Of a stretch of DNA of 64,000 nt, positions 62,804-64,000 are shown piece by piece. The notes below the pieces were generated by a model. The model was not told where the DNA came from, made no database searches, and worked only from the letters and a program-made list of their open reading frames with translations. Numbering within the stretch: the first letter of the stretch is position 1; each line of letters starts with the position of its first letter. Source of the stretch: Novakomyces olei (Eukaryota); NCBI GenBank assembly GCA_016906335.1, contig JADEYG010000003.1:620001-684000 (forward strand), read 5' to 3'. The translations under genes and the position numbers were made by a program.

Positions 62804-63658
62804 CTATTGGAATAGATGTGAAAGACGCATTCGTACAGCCTCAAACGAATTCAGTCTCGGCCGTACGTCGAGGAAAAATCCCATTTCACCATTCGGTCCG
62901 GGTTTGGCTGTGTAGAAGTCTATTACATAGTCAATTTCAGTGCCGCATCTGTTAATTTTCCAGTCGTGCCGATCGAACGGCAGTTTGTATCCGAGAAAGG
63001 AAAGCATTCGGGCTTTTGGAGTGATCCGCGATGCGTCGCCTTCGAATTTAACCAATTTTGGTCCCCCACACCTGGAAAATTTGTGAGTGGGCATTTACAA
63101 ATTGTGTCGCTACACTGCACATCGTTTCTATACATACCTCTCTGATCCTTGTCCCGTTTCCCAGCGTAGAATTTCCTGCCATGCCCGTTCATTAACAGCA
63201 TTATGGATCGGCACCACTGTCCGCATATCCTTTTCCTTTGGATCCCACTGTTTCCGCCGCATGGCTTCGTAGAACATCTGCTGACTCGGGTAGACCCAGT
63301 GCTCGTCATCGCCCTCAGCGGCTCTGCTATGTGGAGAACTAGATAAGCCATTGCCTTTGTATCTCGGAATAGAAGAAGTTTCTCGCTCAGTGGAAAGCCG
63401 GGATTGCTGTCCGGGAAGCATTCGCTGCTGCGGAGAAGAAGGCATATTGTTATCCTCCGAAATCGTGGGTTCCTGTCTCATCCAAACTGCGCGCGCACTT
63501 GGACTCACTGGGCATTTTGACTCGTCGGCTATAGTTTATTGTAAATAACAAAAACACTGTACAAAATCTGGCGTACATTCGGGAGGGGGAACCGGTTCCC
63601 TCGTGCCCTCAGTCTTGGACGCTTGTTGAGGCGCTTCTGTTTTCCAAAAGAAACCCAT
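62804..63658 (-). CDS. CYT2: Holocytochrome c/c1 synthase (heme lyase), catalytic region CYT2-like, 3 exons
   Basis: CPV motif, WVYPSQQMFYEAMRRK, VPIHNAVNERAW, PFDRHDW, YVIDFY and LDVRPRLNSFE motifs. Family is secure; CYT2 versus CYC3 is less so. Confidence 0.75.
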
Positions 63659-64000
63659 TTGGCACAGTTGAATTCATATGACGATTATCCACTGAGATTT
63701 GCACAATTTGTATACTGCAAACGAGATGTGAGATAAACGCAGTATATCAAGCATAATTATTTATGGATTCATTAAATATTTGGTCGGATATTTTATGGAT
63801 TCTTTTTATTATTCATTCTTCATTAATCATAATTAAATTATTATTCCTGTTCATGAAATAATAGTTATTTATTCGGCTCTATTCCCATATTGCGATTAAT
63901 TTTGTCCAATTAGTCATTGAATTAAATTAATTCACAAAGCCGTTCGATTAGGCAAAACGCTGTTGATGGCTCTCCAATTCACAGCGGCAGCGCCCGTCAA

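Overview
Gene-dense, intron-rich fungal nuclear DNA using the standard genetic code, with GT...CTRAY...AG introns of about 35-330 nt. It is probably Taphrinomycotina but not Schizosaccharomyces. The actin has fission-yeast-like EIQALAP and IVYRKCF motifs, while an Artemis-like nuclease and a complex I assembly factor are also present. This taxonomy is inferred only. The window holds about 28 mostly housekeeping genes: GPN2, an LYR/RRG1-like protein, RML2, IFA38, GPN3, TAF3, RSM27, GCP3/SPC98, CWC23, an orphan Myb-like gene, ORC6, LSD1, ACT1, PAN6, DTD1, UTP20, Artemis, MAK11, TACO1/YebC, MON1, NDUFAF8, BET5, DOP1, APC4, an MFS transporter, RIX7, VPS20 and a cytochrome c heme lyase. It also has one atypical tRNA-Asn and many micro/minisatellites. 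I found no transposon, CRISPR array or clearly new multi-gene system. The best leads are: a long nested RNA stem-loop in actin intron 1; a DOP1 apparently lacking its C-terminal third and ending beside a 10-bp minisatellite; a ~500-bp segment bounded by perfect 30-bp direct repeats that holds a telomeric motif and a canonical intron; a three-exon twin-CX9C microprotein missed by the ORF track; and an orphan Myb/coiled-coil gene. Exon boundaries were read by eye and gene identities come from recalled motifs, not database searches.
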